A DNA stretch of 47,699 nucleotides from Candidatus Omnitrophota bacterium (GCA_013203315.1 JABMQJ010000024.1:1-47699); one strand, 5' to 3'; shown: positions 37,579 through 46,032, counted from the stretch's first letter. The notes: generated by a model not told the origin, from the letters alone. Made by a program: numbers and translations.

Positions 37579-37661
37579 AGTAAGCCTAAAAGGAAGGCCT
37601 ATTCATGTTTCATCCGAGGATGGCGTGAGTAGGTCATTTTGTGCTTTAGGAGGTTTTTGCC

Positions 37662-38036
37662 ATGAAGAAAGTAAGCGAAAGCAAAACACTGAAACTATTT
37701 ACCCTTATGTCCGAAGCCTGTCACGCATTCGAGAAGATAGCGGGAACTGCCGGGGCTCACATACGGTTTTCCTATAAGGGCAAGAAAGACCGTATAGTTT
37801 TAGCATGCGAAAAGGGTATGTTAAGCCAGATTGTAGCTAAGGGCGAAACTTCTAAAAATGGTGACTGTATTGCATGGAAGGAATCAGAGTTTAAAGAATA
37901 TACCCGGGAACAGGCCTTTCTTAAATTTTTTGACGATATCAATAAAATAGAGGTAAGCCATCCGAAGATGCTTAAGACGTGGGATTCTGTACAAGATTTT
38001 GAAAAGTGGCTTAAAGATGTGGTAGCGGAAAAATAG
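37662..38036 (+). CDS. Hypothetical protein downstream of the variant riboswitch
   Basis: AGGAGG SD; 124-aa ORF with no motif recognised. Confidence 0.75.
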   Translation: MKKVSESKTLKLFTLMSEACHAFEKIAGTAGAHIRFSYKGKKDRIVLACEKGMLSQIVAKGETSKNGDCIAWKESEFKEYTREQAFLKFFDDINKIEVSHPKMLKTWDSVQDFEKWLKDVVAEK

Positions 38037-38052
38037 AGTAAAACTAGGAAAG

Positions 38053-38093
38053 AGGGGACACCCCAGAGTTCACGAAACACCCCGTCCCTTAGC
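38053..38093. repeat. REP-like element
   Basis: AGGGGACAC.CCAGAGTTCACGAAACACCCCGTCCCT; paralogous to 40036-40083. Confidence 0.75.
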
Positions 38094-38128
38094 ACACCTG
38101 CCTCTCCACCATATTCGAACTTTTACAA

Positions 38129-38157
38129 TTGACATACTACTGCTTTAGGAGTAACAT
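38129..38157 (+). promoter_or_regulatory. sigma70-type promoter
   Basis: TTGACA-17 nt-TAACAT. Confidence 0.65.
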
Positions 38158-38171
38158 ATTTCGTATAGGAA

Positions 38172-38243
38172 TATAGGCGATGGGGCTCACCTAAAATTTC
38201 CCGCATTGGGATGATGGCTTCTACTGTAAAGTAGGAGTTTTTT
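38172..38243 (+). ncRNA. Fluoride (crcB) riboswitch with overlapping terminator
   Basis: GGCGATGGGGCTCACC...TGATGGCTTCTAC fits the crcB layout with pseudoknot; GGCTTCTACT-GTAA-AGTAGGAGTT-TTT competing terminator. Confidence 0.85.
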
Positions 38244-38262
38244 ACTTGAAAGATATAAATCA

Positions 38263-39951
38263 ATGATTGAATATGTAACAAATTTGCTAAGCAAAATACC
38301 ACTCCTCCATTTCAATATATTGCTACTTTTAGGGGTAGCCTTATTCGGTGGACTTGTTGGTGGCAGGCTATTCCAAAAATTAAAGATCCCACAGGTTGTG
38401 GGATATATAATAATAGGCATAATTATCGGAGAATCCGGCTTAAAAATTATTGACCATAATGCGATTATCGCTTTCAGGCCGTTTAATTATTTTGCGTTAG
38501 GGTTGATTGGATTCATGGTAGGAGGCGAGCTAAGGAAGGAATCGTTTCAGAAATACGGCAAAAATTTTCTCTACATTTTGTGCTGTGAAGGAATGGTTCC
38601 CTTTTTATTAGTATCATTTTTTGTAGGAATTATAGGAACTGCATTATTTGGAGCCAAACCTTTTGTGTGGGGATTAGCCCTTCTGTTAGGCGCGATATCA
38701 TCTGCTACGGACCCGGCCACTACTACATCGGTTTTAAAGGAATATAAGACGAAAGGGCCGCTAACTACGAATATACTGGGAATAGTCGCTTTAGATGACG
38801 GACTGGCTTTATTGCTGTTCGCAATTGCTTCGAGTATAGCAGGGGCATTGATCGGACGTGGCGGCGAGGGATTGCTCAGTGCCATTATTCATCCGTTATA
38901 TGAGATAGGCGGGGCTATCGCCCTTGGAGCCATATCAGGAGTAGGGTTAAATAGACTGCTTAGAAAATACGGAGAAAAGGATAGAATATTGGTATTTTCT
39001 TTAGGAACCGTTCTTTTTGTTACGGGACTATCGCTAACCCTGCATGTAAGCATGCTTTTGGCCGCAATGACACTTGGTGTTGTTGTGGTTAATAGACGGC
39101 CGCACAAAAGCAAAGAGGTGTTTAATTTAGTAGAAGCTTTTACCCCGCCGATTTTCTTACTTTTCTTTGTTTTGGTAGGCGCAAGATTACATTTTAGCCA
39201 GATTACATTGTCCGTTTTGATTTTAATATTCGTTTATCTTATATTTGGGTTATTGGGTAAGATGGTAGGAGCCAGGGTCGGAGCCTTGCTATCAAGGGCA
39301 CCGCAAACAGTTGTAAAATATTTACCATTCTCGCTTTTTAGCCAGGCGGGTATCGCCATAGGATTATCGATTTTGGCGGCCCAGCATTTTCAGGGTGAGC
39401 TAGGGCATACGTTAATTGTTGTTATAACGGCTACCACATTTGTAACTCAACTAATAGGCCCGGCCATGACTAAATATGCGGTTACTAAAGCAAAGGAAGT
39501 AGGATTAAACATCACGGAAGAAGACATAATTAAAGAAAGTAGGGCAAAAGATGTGATGGATGCCAATCCACCCGTGGTTTATGAAAACATGCAGCTTCGC
39601 AATATAATAAAAATATTTAGCGAACACGATAATTTATATTACCCTGTAGTGGATAGACAAGGCAAATTGTGCGGGGCAGTCACTGTTGAGGGCATAAAAC
39701 ACACATTATTAGAAACGGATATAGAAGGGCTTATTTTAGCAAATGATTTGATGGAATCGGTTGTTGCTACCGTTTTGCCAAATACTCACGTATCCGAAGT
39801 AAAGGAACTGTTCAATAGATATGCTATTGAGTATTTACCGGTAGTCGATAGCAGCGATAGGCTAAAGGGTTTTATAGAAAGAAAAATGCTTGATAAATAT
39901 GTTTCAACAAGGATGATAGAGCTGCAAAGGCATTTGGACACTTTGGCTTAG
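38263..39951 (+). CDS. Cation:proton antiporter with C-terminal CBS pair
   Basis: ATDPA, VALDD, QAGIAIGL, about twelve TM; two C-terminal PVVD..G motifs. Confidence 0.92.
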   Translation: MIEYVTNLLSKIPLLHFNILLLLGVALFGGLVGGRLFQKLKIPQVVGYIIIGIIIGESGLKIIDHNAIIAFRPFNYFALGLIGFMVGGELRKESFQKYGKNFLYILCCEGMVPFLLVSFFVGIIGTALFGAKPFVWGLALLLGAISSATDPATTTSVLKEYKTKGPLTTNILGIVALDDGLALLLFAIASSIAGALIGRGGEGLLSAIIHPLYEIGGAIALGAISGVGLNRLLRKYGEKDRILVFSLGTVLFVTGLSLTLHVSMLLAAMTLGVVVVNRRPHKSKEVFNLVEAFTPPIFLLFFVLVGARLHFSQITLSVLILIFVYLIFGLLGKMVGARVGALLSRAPQTVVKYLPFSLFSQAGIAIGLSILAAQHFQGELGHTLIVVITATTFVTQLIGPAMTKYAVTKAKEVGLNITEEDIIKESRAKDVMDANPPVVYENMQLRNIIKIFSEHDNLYYPVVDRQGKLCGAVTVEGIKHTLLETDIEGLILANDLMESVVATVLPNTHVSEVKELFNRYAIEYLPVVDSSDRLKGFIERKMLDKYVSTRMIELQRHLDTLA

Positions 39952-40083
39952 GCACGGTTCTCGCACCGATCTTACATACCCACATTCGGAGCTTTCCGAA
40001 TGTGGGTTTTTTTATTGATTTCCTGCTCCTTGAATAGGGGGGGGGTGCAGGCCAGAGTTCACGAAATGCCCCGTCCCGTAGCG
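39950..40083 (+). repeat. Composite REP-half, terminator and REP element
   Basis: Shares segments with 37281-37342, 42160-42195, 40873-40929 and 38053-38093. Confidence 0.8.
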
Positions 40084-40084
40084 C

Positions 40085-40152
40085 TAAAATGTTAACTATG
40101 AAAAACCTAGATATTTGCCCTTGCGCTTTTAGCGGGGATTAGGCATACTTGG
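40085..40152 (+). promoter_or_regulatory. Duplicated promoter block, copy 2
   Basis: 67/68 identical to 37403-37470. Confidence 0.8.
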
Positions 40153-40160
40153 TGTAAAGG

Positions 40161-40251
40161 AACGATAAAGGCACACCATCTGAAAGGATGGGCCGCAAAG
40201 CTCAAGAACCTAACCCTACATATACCGTAGGAAAGGTAGTCAGTTGCCGAA
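40161..40251 (+). ncRNA. c-di-GMP-I (GEMM) riboswitch, canonical G20/A47/C92
   Basis: CGATAAAGGCACACCATCT-GAAA-GGATGGGCCGCAAAGC...CCTAA...GGTAGTCAGTTGCCG. Confidence 0.9.
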
Positions 40252-40260
40252 GAGAAAACG

Positions 40261-40294
40261 ACCTATCCACATATGATGGATAGGTTTTTGTTTT
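40261..40294 (+). terminator. Riboswitch expression-platform terminator
   Basis: ACCTATCCA / TGGATAGGT followed by TTTTGTTTT. Confidence 0.8.
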
Positions 40295-40338
40295 ATAGCG
40301 GGTTTAATATTAAATATACTTAAAAAAAGTAGGGGGAG

Positions 40339-40833
40339 GTGAGGAAAATGAGGACTTTAAGGAAAGAGGGGAGAAAGGTTTTTGCAGGGCTCCTAGTTAT
40401 GGTCTTTATGTTATTTATTGTAGCAGAAGCTGCATATTCTGGAGGTGGCCAAGGCAAAGAGAGAGCCCAAAAAAGATCAAATGTTATGAGCCCGGGCTAT
40501 ATGAATGCCGCACTTCAGAAAGCAGCAAATCTGGAAGCTACTGATAGTGAATCTTCGAATAAAAGATCGAACGCAAGATGGTCGGACAACCCTAAAGACA
40601 GAAGAGGGCAGGGGAATATGGGAAAACCCAACATGATAGTCCCTTACGGATTTGATAAATATAGTGGTAGAGAAAAATCCGAAAGGAGTCGCATGGGAGA
40701 CAAATACCACTATCAGTCCTTCGGTTATGCTCTTTATGCCGTAATTGGTGGTATCTATTCGGCATCCATGGATCCTAGGAAAATTACTGGTTTTTATGCC
40801 ATTGCAAGCGGCTGGTTATACAGCAACCCTTAA
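40339..40833 (+). CDS. Secreted hypothetical protein under the c-di-GMP riboswitch
   Basis: Signal-like N-terminus and polar low-complexity middle; start may be the ATG at 40348. Confidence 0.65.
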   Translation: MRKMRTLRKEGRKVFAGLLVMVFMLFIVAEAAYSGGGQGKERAQKRSNVMSPGYMNAALQKAANLEATDSESSNKRSNARWSDNPKDRRGQGNMGKPNMIVPYGFDKYSGREKSERSRMGDKYHYQSFGYALYAVIGGIYSASMDPRKITGFYAIASGWLYSNP

Positions 40834-40872
40834 GGCTGTATGGTCACAAGGTATGTAGGGAATAGGGATTAT

Positions 40873-40929
40873 AAACCCACATTCGGAAAGTTCCGAATGT
40901 GGGTTTTTTTATTGATTTCCTGCTCCTTG
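40873..40929 (+). terminator. Repeated terminator with conserved tail
   Basis: ACCCACATTCGGAA / TTCCGAATGTGGGTTTTTTT plus ATTGATTTCCTGCTCCTTG, near-identical to 39978-40032. Confidence 0.85.
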
Positions 40930-40969
40930 CAGCATAGAATAGTCTTATATTAAAGTACATAAGGGAGGA

Positions 40970-41113
40970 ATGATGGATGCTTGTCCATTACTGCAGTGGT
41001 GTAAGTGTAGCGGAACTCAAATTTGTCTCTTTTGCAAGATATTAACCGTTATTGGAATTGTTGCCATAAGCGGCCTTGTCGGTTATTTCATAGGGAAGAG
41101 ACAAAGAAAATAA
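40970..41113 (+). CDS. 47-aa Cys-rich single-TM protein (not in ORF track)
   Basis: MMDACPLLQWCKCSGTQICLFCKILTVIGIVAISGLVGYFIGKRQRK; GGGAGG SD; ends 3 nt before repeat C. Confidence 0.65.
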   Translation: MMDACPLLQWCKCSGTQICLFCKILTVIGIVAISGLVGYFIGKRQRK

Positions 41114-41116
41114 ATC

Positions 41117-41145
41117 CGCCCCAAAGCAAAGGAAATGTTTAAGTG
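41117..41145 (+). repeat. Gene-junction direct repeat, copy C
   Basis: CGCCCCAAAGCAAAGGAAATGTTTAAGTG; supplies GTG start of 41143. Confidence 0.85.
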
Positions 41146-41412
41146 CATAAAACCACTAAAAAAATCATAGCACTTTTATTAATATGTTTATTTTTAAATG
41201 GATGTGCGCTTTTTGAGCTTCCCGGACAAACCGTGAAAGTCGTAGGAACTACAGTTGGAACAGTTGGTAAAGTTGTCCAAACTGCCGGAAATGTTGTTAT
41301 TACGGGGGGCCAGGTAGTAGGTAAGGTTGTAGAAGCCGGTGGAAAAGTTATAGAAACAGTAGTCAAGGCTCCGGGAATAAAAGAAGTTATAACCAATAGA
41401 ATAGCCCCATAG
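41143..41412 (+). CDS. Small lipoprotein with V/G/T-rich repeats
   Basis: Lipobox LNG-C; repeated V..(A/G/V)GKVV units. Confidence 0.78.
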   Translation: MHKTTKKIIALLLICLFLNGCALFELPGQTVKVVGTTVGTVGKVVQTAGNVVITGGQVVGKVVEAGGKVIETVVKAPGIKEVITNRIAP

Positions 41413-41427
41413 ACAGTTTGTGGGGCG

Positions 41428-41453
41428 CAAGAATAAGGGAGATGTTTAAATAA
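41428..41453 (+). repeat. Gene-junction direct repeat, copy D
   Basis: CAAGAATAAGGGAGATGTTTAAATAA. Confidence 0.7.
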
Positions 41454-41464
41454 GGAGGAATAAT

Positions 41465-41662
41465 ATGGCTGACAAACATTCAATGAGAATTAGCTTTCGT
41501 AAAGTTCCGAAGGACCCCAATATGTTTGAGTTTACAATTGCTGCGCCGTTACTCCGAGCTCAATTTCGCCTTCCAAGAGCGATAGTCAACAACTTAAGAG
41601 TTGAGTTAGAAAGAGCCATTACAAATAAACCGAACCCGTCCCAAAGTAAAGGAGATGTTTAG
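41465..41662 (+). CDS. Small hypothetical protein
   Basis: AAGGAGG SD; stop TAG supplied by repeat E. Confidence 0.7.
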   Translation: MADKHSMRISFRKVPKDPNMFEFTIAAPLLRAQFRLPRAIVNNLRVELERAITNKPNPSQSKGDV

Positions 41663-41666
41663 GTGA
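41637..41666 (+). repeat. Gene-junction direct repeat, copy E
   Basis: CGTCCCAAAGTAAAGGAGATGTTTAGGTGA, 29/30 to copy F. Confidence 0.9.
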
Positions 41667-41691
41667 ATAAAGGTGGGGGAAAGGAGTAGTT

Positions 41692-42156
41692 ATGCTTTGG
41701 ATATGTTATTCTACATTAACTGTAATCGGTGCCGTATTGCACATTCTTATTGCCAAAACACCCGTAATATATACATTCCTTTTATATTTCCTTGTTATAA
41801 ACATAGGGGCTGCAGGTGTTACCGCATTTTTTGGGCATGCGTTCAGGTCTGATGAGGTGGCCGAATATATAGGATGGCCGAAAGGAAATCCTTTTCAACT
41901 GGAAATTGCCTGCGCAAATCTTGCTACGGGAACACTTGGGATACTATGCATATGGTTTCGCGGGAATTTCTGGATTGCAACGGCAATTGTCTCCTCTGTG
42001 TTCGCGCTGGGCGCGGGCGTAGTGCACATAATGGAAATCATCAGGAATAAGAATTACTCTCCCGGTAATGCCGGTATGCCGCTTTATTTTGATTTTATAA
42101 AACCCATCGTGGTCTGGTGCCTCATGATTGCGTATCTTCTGGGTTTTAAAGGATAA
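41692..42156 (+). CDS. DUF6790-like membrane protein
   Basis: FFGH.F..D.VA..IGW...NPFQLEIA.ANL, N..PGNAG. Confidence 0.75.
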   Translation: MLWICYSTLTVIGAVLHILIAKTPVIYTFLLYFLVINIGAAGVTAFFGHAFRSDEVAEYIGWPKGNPFQLEIACANLATGTLGILCIWFRGNFWIATAIVSSVFALGAGVVHIMEIIRNKNYSPGNAGMPLYFDFIKPIVVWCLMIAYLLGFKG

Positions 42157-42159
42157 TTT

Positions 42160-42195
42160 AGGGACGGTTCTCGTGCCGATCTTACACCCGTCCCT
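42160..42195. repeat. Intact REP-like element
   Basis: AGGGACGG-TTCTCGTGCCGATCTTACAC-CCGTCCCT; left part shared with 37281, 39950 and, shorter, 33221. Confidence 0.8.
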
Positions 42196-42222
42196 TATTC
42201 CCTTTAAAGATATGAGTAATAA

Positions 42223-43401
42223 ATGAAAATAAAAAACTCAGTTAAATTTTTAATCATTGGTGGCGTATTTTTAGGATTTTATTACCTACCCATTGAATTA
42301 CTGCCTTTTCGAAACCCTATATTTGAATCTTTAGCCTTGGCTAAATGGTATGCGAGAGAACATGTGCTATTGTGTTTAGTGCCGGCTTTCTTTATCGCGG
42401 GAGCAATATCTGTTTTTGTAAGCCAGGCAGCTGTTATCAAGTATTTTGGAGCACAAGCCAAAAAGGTATTAGCTTACAGCGTAGCATCTGTGTCTGGAAG
42501 CATATTAGCTGTTTGTTCCTGTACGGTCCTGCCTCTATTTTCAGGTATTTATAAGCGCGGAGCCGGCTTAGGGCCCGCTGTTGCATTTCTTTATTCCGGT
42601 CCTGCCATCAATGTTTTAGCTATAATTTTTACAGCCAAAGTTTTAGGATGGGAGCTTGGCCTTGCAAGGGCAATAGGAGCAGTAGTCTTTAGCATAATTA
42701 TAGGCCTTTTAATGCATCTAATATTTATTAAAGAAGAAAGACGGCGTCATGCGGAAGGTAATTTCTCAGTACAAGACGAAGAAGTATCGAGGCCTTTATG
42801 GAAAAATGCGATATATTTTGTCTCTATGATTGGGATTTTAGTATTTGCTAATTGGACAAAACCCGGTTCTGGAGATACGGGAATATGGGTAAACATATAT
42901 CATTTTAAATGGATAATTACATCTTTTTTTGCGGTAGTATTAGCAGTAATATTGGTAAGCTGGTTTAAGAAAGACGAGCTCGGCAAGTGGGTAAAATCGA
43001 GTTGGGAGTTTGCTCTTCAAATACTACCGTTACTTCTTTTTGGTGTATTGGTTGCAGGGTTCCTTCTTGGCAGGGTAGGACATGAAGGCGTAATCCCATC
43101 AAGATTTGTTGCAAGATTAGTCGGAGGCAATTCATTATTCGCGAATTTCTTTGCTTCAATATTCGGCGCATTTATGTATTTTGCTACACTTACAGAAGTG
43201 CCTATACTACAAGGCTTAATTGGCGCAGGCATGGGCAAAGGCCCTGCATTGGCGTTGTTATTGGCAGGCCCGGCATTGAGCTTGCCTAGTATGCTCGTAA
43301 TCCGGAGTGTTATAGGAACGAGAAAGACTATCGTGTATATATTGTTGGTTATTATTATGGCTACTCTAAGCGGGATTTTATTTGGAATTATAGTTAGATA
43401 A
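42223..43401 (+). CDS. ArsP-like (DUF318) permease
   Basis: HVLLCLVPAFFIAGAI, AVCSCTVLPLF, YFATLTEVP, AGPALSLP. Confidence 0.9.
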   Translation: MKIKNSVKFLIIGGVFLGFYYLPIELLPFRNPIFESLALAKWYAREHVLLCLVPAFFIAGAISVFVSQAAVIKYFGAQAKKVLAYSVASVSGSILAVCSCTVLPLFSGIYKRGAGLGPAVAFLYSGPAINVLAIIFTAKVLGWELGLARAIGAVVFSIIIGLLMHLIFIKEERRRHAEGNFSVQDEEVSRPLWKNAIYFVSMIGILVFANWTKPGSGDTGIWVNIYHFKWIITSFFAVVLAVILVSWFKKDELGKWVKSSWEFALQILPLLLFGVLVAGFLLGRVGHEGVIPSRFVARLVGGNSLFANFFASIFGAFMYFATLTEVPILQGLIGAGMGKGPALALLLAGPALSLPSMLVIRSVIGTRKTIVYILLVIIMATLSGILFGIIVR

Positions 43402-43411
43402 AGGAGAAAAA

Positions 43412-43642
43412 ATGAAAATAGAAATACTTGGTATGGGGTGCCCTAAGTGCAAAATGCTTTATGAGAACGCAAAGAAAGCTGTTAGCGAGACAGGCGTTCA
43501 GGCTGAAGTGCTCAAAGTGGAAGATATGGATAAAATTACAAATTATGGCGTGATGATGACACCAGCGCTTGTTATTGACGGAAAGGTGAAAACAACAGGT
43601 AAGATACCCGGAGCGGAGGATATTAAAAAATGGTTAGTATAA
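43412..43642 (+). CDS. Small redox-active disulfide protein (MTH895/ArsE-like thioredoxin family)
   Basis: ILGMGCPKC, YGVMMTPALVIDG. Confidence 0.9.
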   Translation: MKIEILGMGCPKCKMLYENAKKAVSETGVQAEVLKVEDMDKITNYGVMMTPALVIDGKVKTTGKIPGAEDIKKWLV

Positions 43643-44049
43643 AACGGTTTTTAATCATTTTTATCATAGGAGTTTTTATCATTAACGCATCTTCCGCATT
43701 CTGCGATAACGGCAAAGTTATAGCTTATTATTTTCACGGAAGCTTTCGCTGTCCTACCTGCCGCAACCTGGAGCAATATGCCAAAGAAGCGATTGAAAAT
43801 AATTTTAAAAAAGAATTAGCGGAAGGCAGCCTCATATTTAAAGCAGTAAACGTTGAAGAAAAAGAAAACGAACATTTTATGAAAGATTACCGGCTTTATA
43901 CAAAATCATTGGTTTTATCTTTAGTAAAAGATGATAAAGAGGTAAAATATAAAAATCTTGATAAGATCTGGGAATATGTAAGAGACAAAACGAAATATAT
44001 GAATTATGTTAAAAACGAAGTTGCTATTTTCTTAAAGGATTTGAAATGA
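43630..44049 (+). CDS. ArsF-like exported thioredoxin-fold protein
   Basis: Signal peptide; YYFHG..RCPTC. Confidence 0.8.
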   Translation: MVSIKRFLIIFIIGVFIINASSAFCDNGKVIAYYFHGSFRCPTCRNLEQYAKEAIENNFKKELAEGSLIFKAVNVEEKENEHFMKDYRLYTKSLVLSLVKDDKEVKYKNLDKIWEYVRDKTKYMNYVKNEVAIFLKDLK

Positions 44050-44726
44050 TAGAGATTTTCGTTGCTTTTGGGTCTGCCATCTGGCTTGGCATACTTACGT
44101 CGATTAGTCCCTGCCCTTTAGCGACTAATGTTGCCGCTGTCTCTTTTTTGTCAAAGAAAATAAATAATCCTAAAGCGGTTCTACGGGCAGGGAGCGCTTA
44201 TACATTTGGGCGCATGGTTGCTTATGCTGTTTTGGGTATGATCATTATAACGTCTATCGCTAGCGTACCTTCTGCGGCGAATTTCCTGCAAAAATACATG
44301 AACAGGATATTGGGCCCCATATTGCTTGTGGTTGGGCTATTCCTTTTGAATGTCATGAGGCTCAATATTTCAGGTTTTACACTTTCGAAAGAAAAACAGG
44401 AATCCTTAGCTGGGTCGGGAGCAAAAGGCGCATTCTTATTAGGAGCTATTTTTGCGCTTTCATTCTGCCCGATTTCAGCGGCATTATTTTTCGGCAGCCT
44501 TATTCCTTTGGCGCTAAATAGCAAGGTAGGTATACTGTTACCTTTCTTTTTTGGAATAGGCACGGGGCTGCCGGTTATGCTTTTTGCAGTCGGAATTGCG
44601 CTTGGCATGCTATCAGTTTCACGCTGGTTTCATAAAGTAGCTGCGATAGAGAAATATACAAGAAAAATAACAGGTATTATATTTGTGTTAGTTGGTTTAT
44701 ACTTTATATGGAACTACATCTTTTAA
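44046..44726 (+). CDS. ArsG/CcdA-like (DsbD transmembrane) protein
   Basis: LGILTSISPCPLATN and FALSFCP.SAALFFG. Confidence 0.85.
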   Translation: MIEIFVAFGSAIWLGILTSISPCPLATNVAAVSFLSKKINNPKAVLRAGSAYTFGRMVAYAVLGMIIITSIASVPSAANFLQKYMNRILGPILLVVGLFLLNVMRLNISGFTLSKEKQESLAGSGAKGAFLLGAIFALSFCPISAALFFGSLIPLALNSKVGILLPFFFGIGTGLPVMLFAVGIALGMLSVSRWFHKVAAIEKYTRKITGIIFVLVGLYFIWNYIF

Positions 44727-44730
44727 AATT

Positions 44731-44780
44731 AGGGACGCATCCCAATTCTTGCATATGTGCAAAAAAGAGGATGTGTCCCC
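44731..44780. repeat. REP-like hairpin
   Basis: GGGACGCATCC...TTGCATATGTGCAA...GGATGTGTCCC. Confidence 0.65.
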
Positions 44781-44818
44781 ATTAAAAGGGAATATCAAAC
44801 TAAAATTGGAGGTAACTA

Positions 44819-45439
44819 ATGACGAACCCGGTAATTGAAGCCATAAACAAGAGAATGTCTGTCAGGGCTTACGACTCAAAACCAATTCCGAAGAATATTA
44901 TTAATGCGATCATCGCAGCCGGCAACCAGGCACCTTCAAGGGGGAAGGAGGAAAAAGGAAGTAAGGAATTTATTTTTCAGCCCTGGCGGTTTGTTGTTGT
45001 GGAGGACTCAGAGTTCAAGAAAAAACTCGTAAAGACCACACTTCCGGTCTGGAAAAAATTCATTGAAAACATGAAGAAATCGCACCCTGAAATGTACGAG
45101 TACGTAATGATGACCTATAAGGCAATGGAAGAACCCAAAGACATGGTTTACTATTCTGCGCCTGCCATCCTCTTTGTCGTAGGGCCAATCGGACACGATG
45201 TAAGTTGCGCGCTTGCCTGCGAGAACATCATGATTGCCGCAACCTCTTTCGGCCTGGGAAGCTGTTATGTGGGATTCGGTGCAATGGTCAAAGGCGATGC
45301 CGATATCGTACAAACCCTCGAGCTAAAGGATGATGAACGGATCTTCGGGCCTATCTTGCTTGGCTATCCGAAGAGCGATCCTAGCGCGCTAGATAGCATA
45401 CGGCCGGAGAAAAGAGAACCCGTAATTAAATGGATCTAA
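44819..45439 (+). CDS. Nitroreductase family protein
   Basis: RMSVRAY, APS, QPWRFVVV, NIMIAA...GLGSC, LGYP. Confidence 0.9.
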   Translation: MTNPVIEAINKRMSVRAYDSKPIPKNIINAIIAAGNQAPSRGKEEKGSKEFIFQPWRFVVVEDSEFKKKLVKTTLPVWKKFIENMKKSHPEMYEYVMMTYKAMEEPKDMVYYSAPAILFVVGPIGHDVSCALACENIMIAATSFGLGSCYVGFGAMVKGDADIVQTLELKDDERIFGPILLGYPKSDPSALDSIRPEKREPVIKWI

Positions 45440-45509
45440 AGGAAGGTTCTGTAATGTTAGTGGATAGAGTTATTGTTTTTGGGGGAAAAGGAATTTTTTA
45501 TAAGGAGAA

Positions 45510-45869
45510 ATGATGGAGAAGAAAAGATGGTCTAAAGGGATAATTATTTATGCGACCATAGGACTTCTTATTGGCATATGGGTTACACCTATAGTTTCCT
45601 GGAGCAACTTTAATCCTTATTGGTTTATTGGTCCTGCATTTATTATTTTAAGTATTAGTATGTTTCTAATGAGAAATTGGGTTCGCATTACTATTATTAC
45701 ACTCTCTATTTTTTATATTCTTCTTCATGTCTTTGCTATGATTCAAAGTCACTCTTCTCCTAGCCCATTTACTTATGTATTATTGAGTTTGCTTTCCCCA
45801 GTTCTTTTCTTTTGTATTTACTCTCTTGTTTACCTCACACGCCCCAAAGTAAAGGAGATGTTTAGGTGA
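45510..45869 (+). CDS. Four-TM small membrane protein ending in LTRPKVKEMFR
   Basis: Last 10 codons, including the stop, are repeat F. Confidence 0.8.
   Translation: MMEKKRWSKGIIIYATIGLLIGIWVTPIVSWSNFNPYWFIGPAFIILSISMFLMRNWVRITIITLSIFYILLHVFAMIQSHSSPSPFTYVLLSLLSPVLFFCIYSLVYLTRPKVKEMFR
45840..45869 (+). repeat. Gene-junction direct repeat, copy F (consensus)
   Basis: CGCCCCAAAGTAAAGGAGATGTTTAGGTGA. Confidence 0.9.
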
Positions 45870-46012
45870 AACTGGTAAGTAATAAACTATGTAGAAAAAG
45901 ATATAAGGTGCAAATAAAACTCCGCAAATGGGTAAATGGTGGAGGATGGGGCTGGGATGTAGGAAAAGTGAATCCAAAGAAAAAGAAGCCCCAAAGTAAA
46001 GGAAATGTTTAG
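45866..46012 (+). CDS. 48-aa basic ORF running from repeat F to repeat G (not in ORF track)
   Basis: GTG in F to TAG in G: MKLVSNKLCRKRYKVQIKLRKWVNGGGWGWDVGKVNPKKKKPQSKGNV. Confidence 0.45.
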   Translation: MKLVSNKLCRKRYKVQIKLRKWVNGGGWGWDVGKVNPKKKKPQSKGNV

Positions 46013-46016
46013 GTGA
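45988..46016 (+). repeat. Gene-junction direct repeat, copy G
   Basis: GCCCCAAAGTAAAGGAAATGTTTAGGTGA, 28/29 to copy F. Confidence 0.9.
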
Positions 46017-46032
46017 ATCCCGGAAATAGATT

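Noticed and set aside
40037-40045. G9 tract as a phase-variation switch
   Set aside because: Non-coding, part of a REP-like arm, and well upstream of the -35/-10 spacer
37479-40251. Riboswitches as Geobacter-type c-AMP-GMP (A20) class
   Set aside because: Both have G at position 20
41404-41426. Hairpin GCCCCATAGA-CAG-TTTGTGGGGC as a terminator
   Set aside because: No U-tract on either strand, and not found beside the other repeat copies
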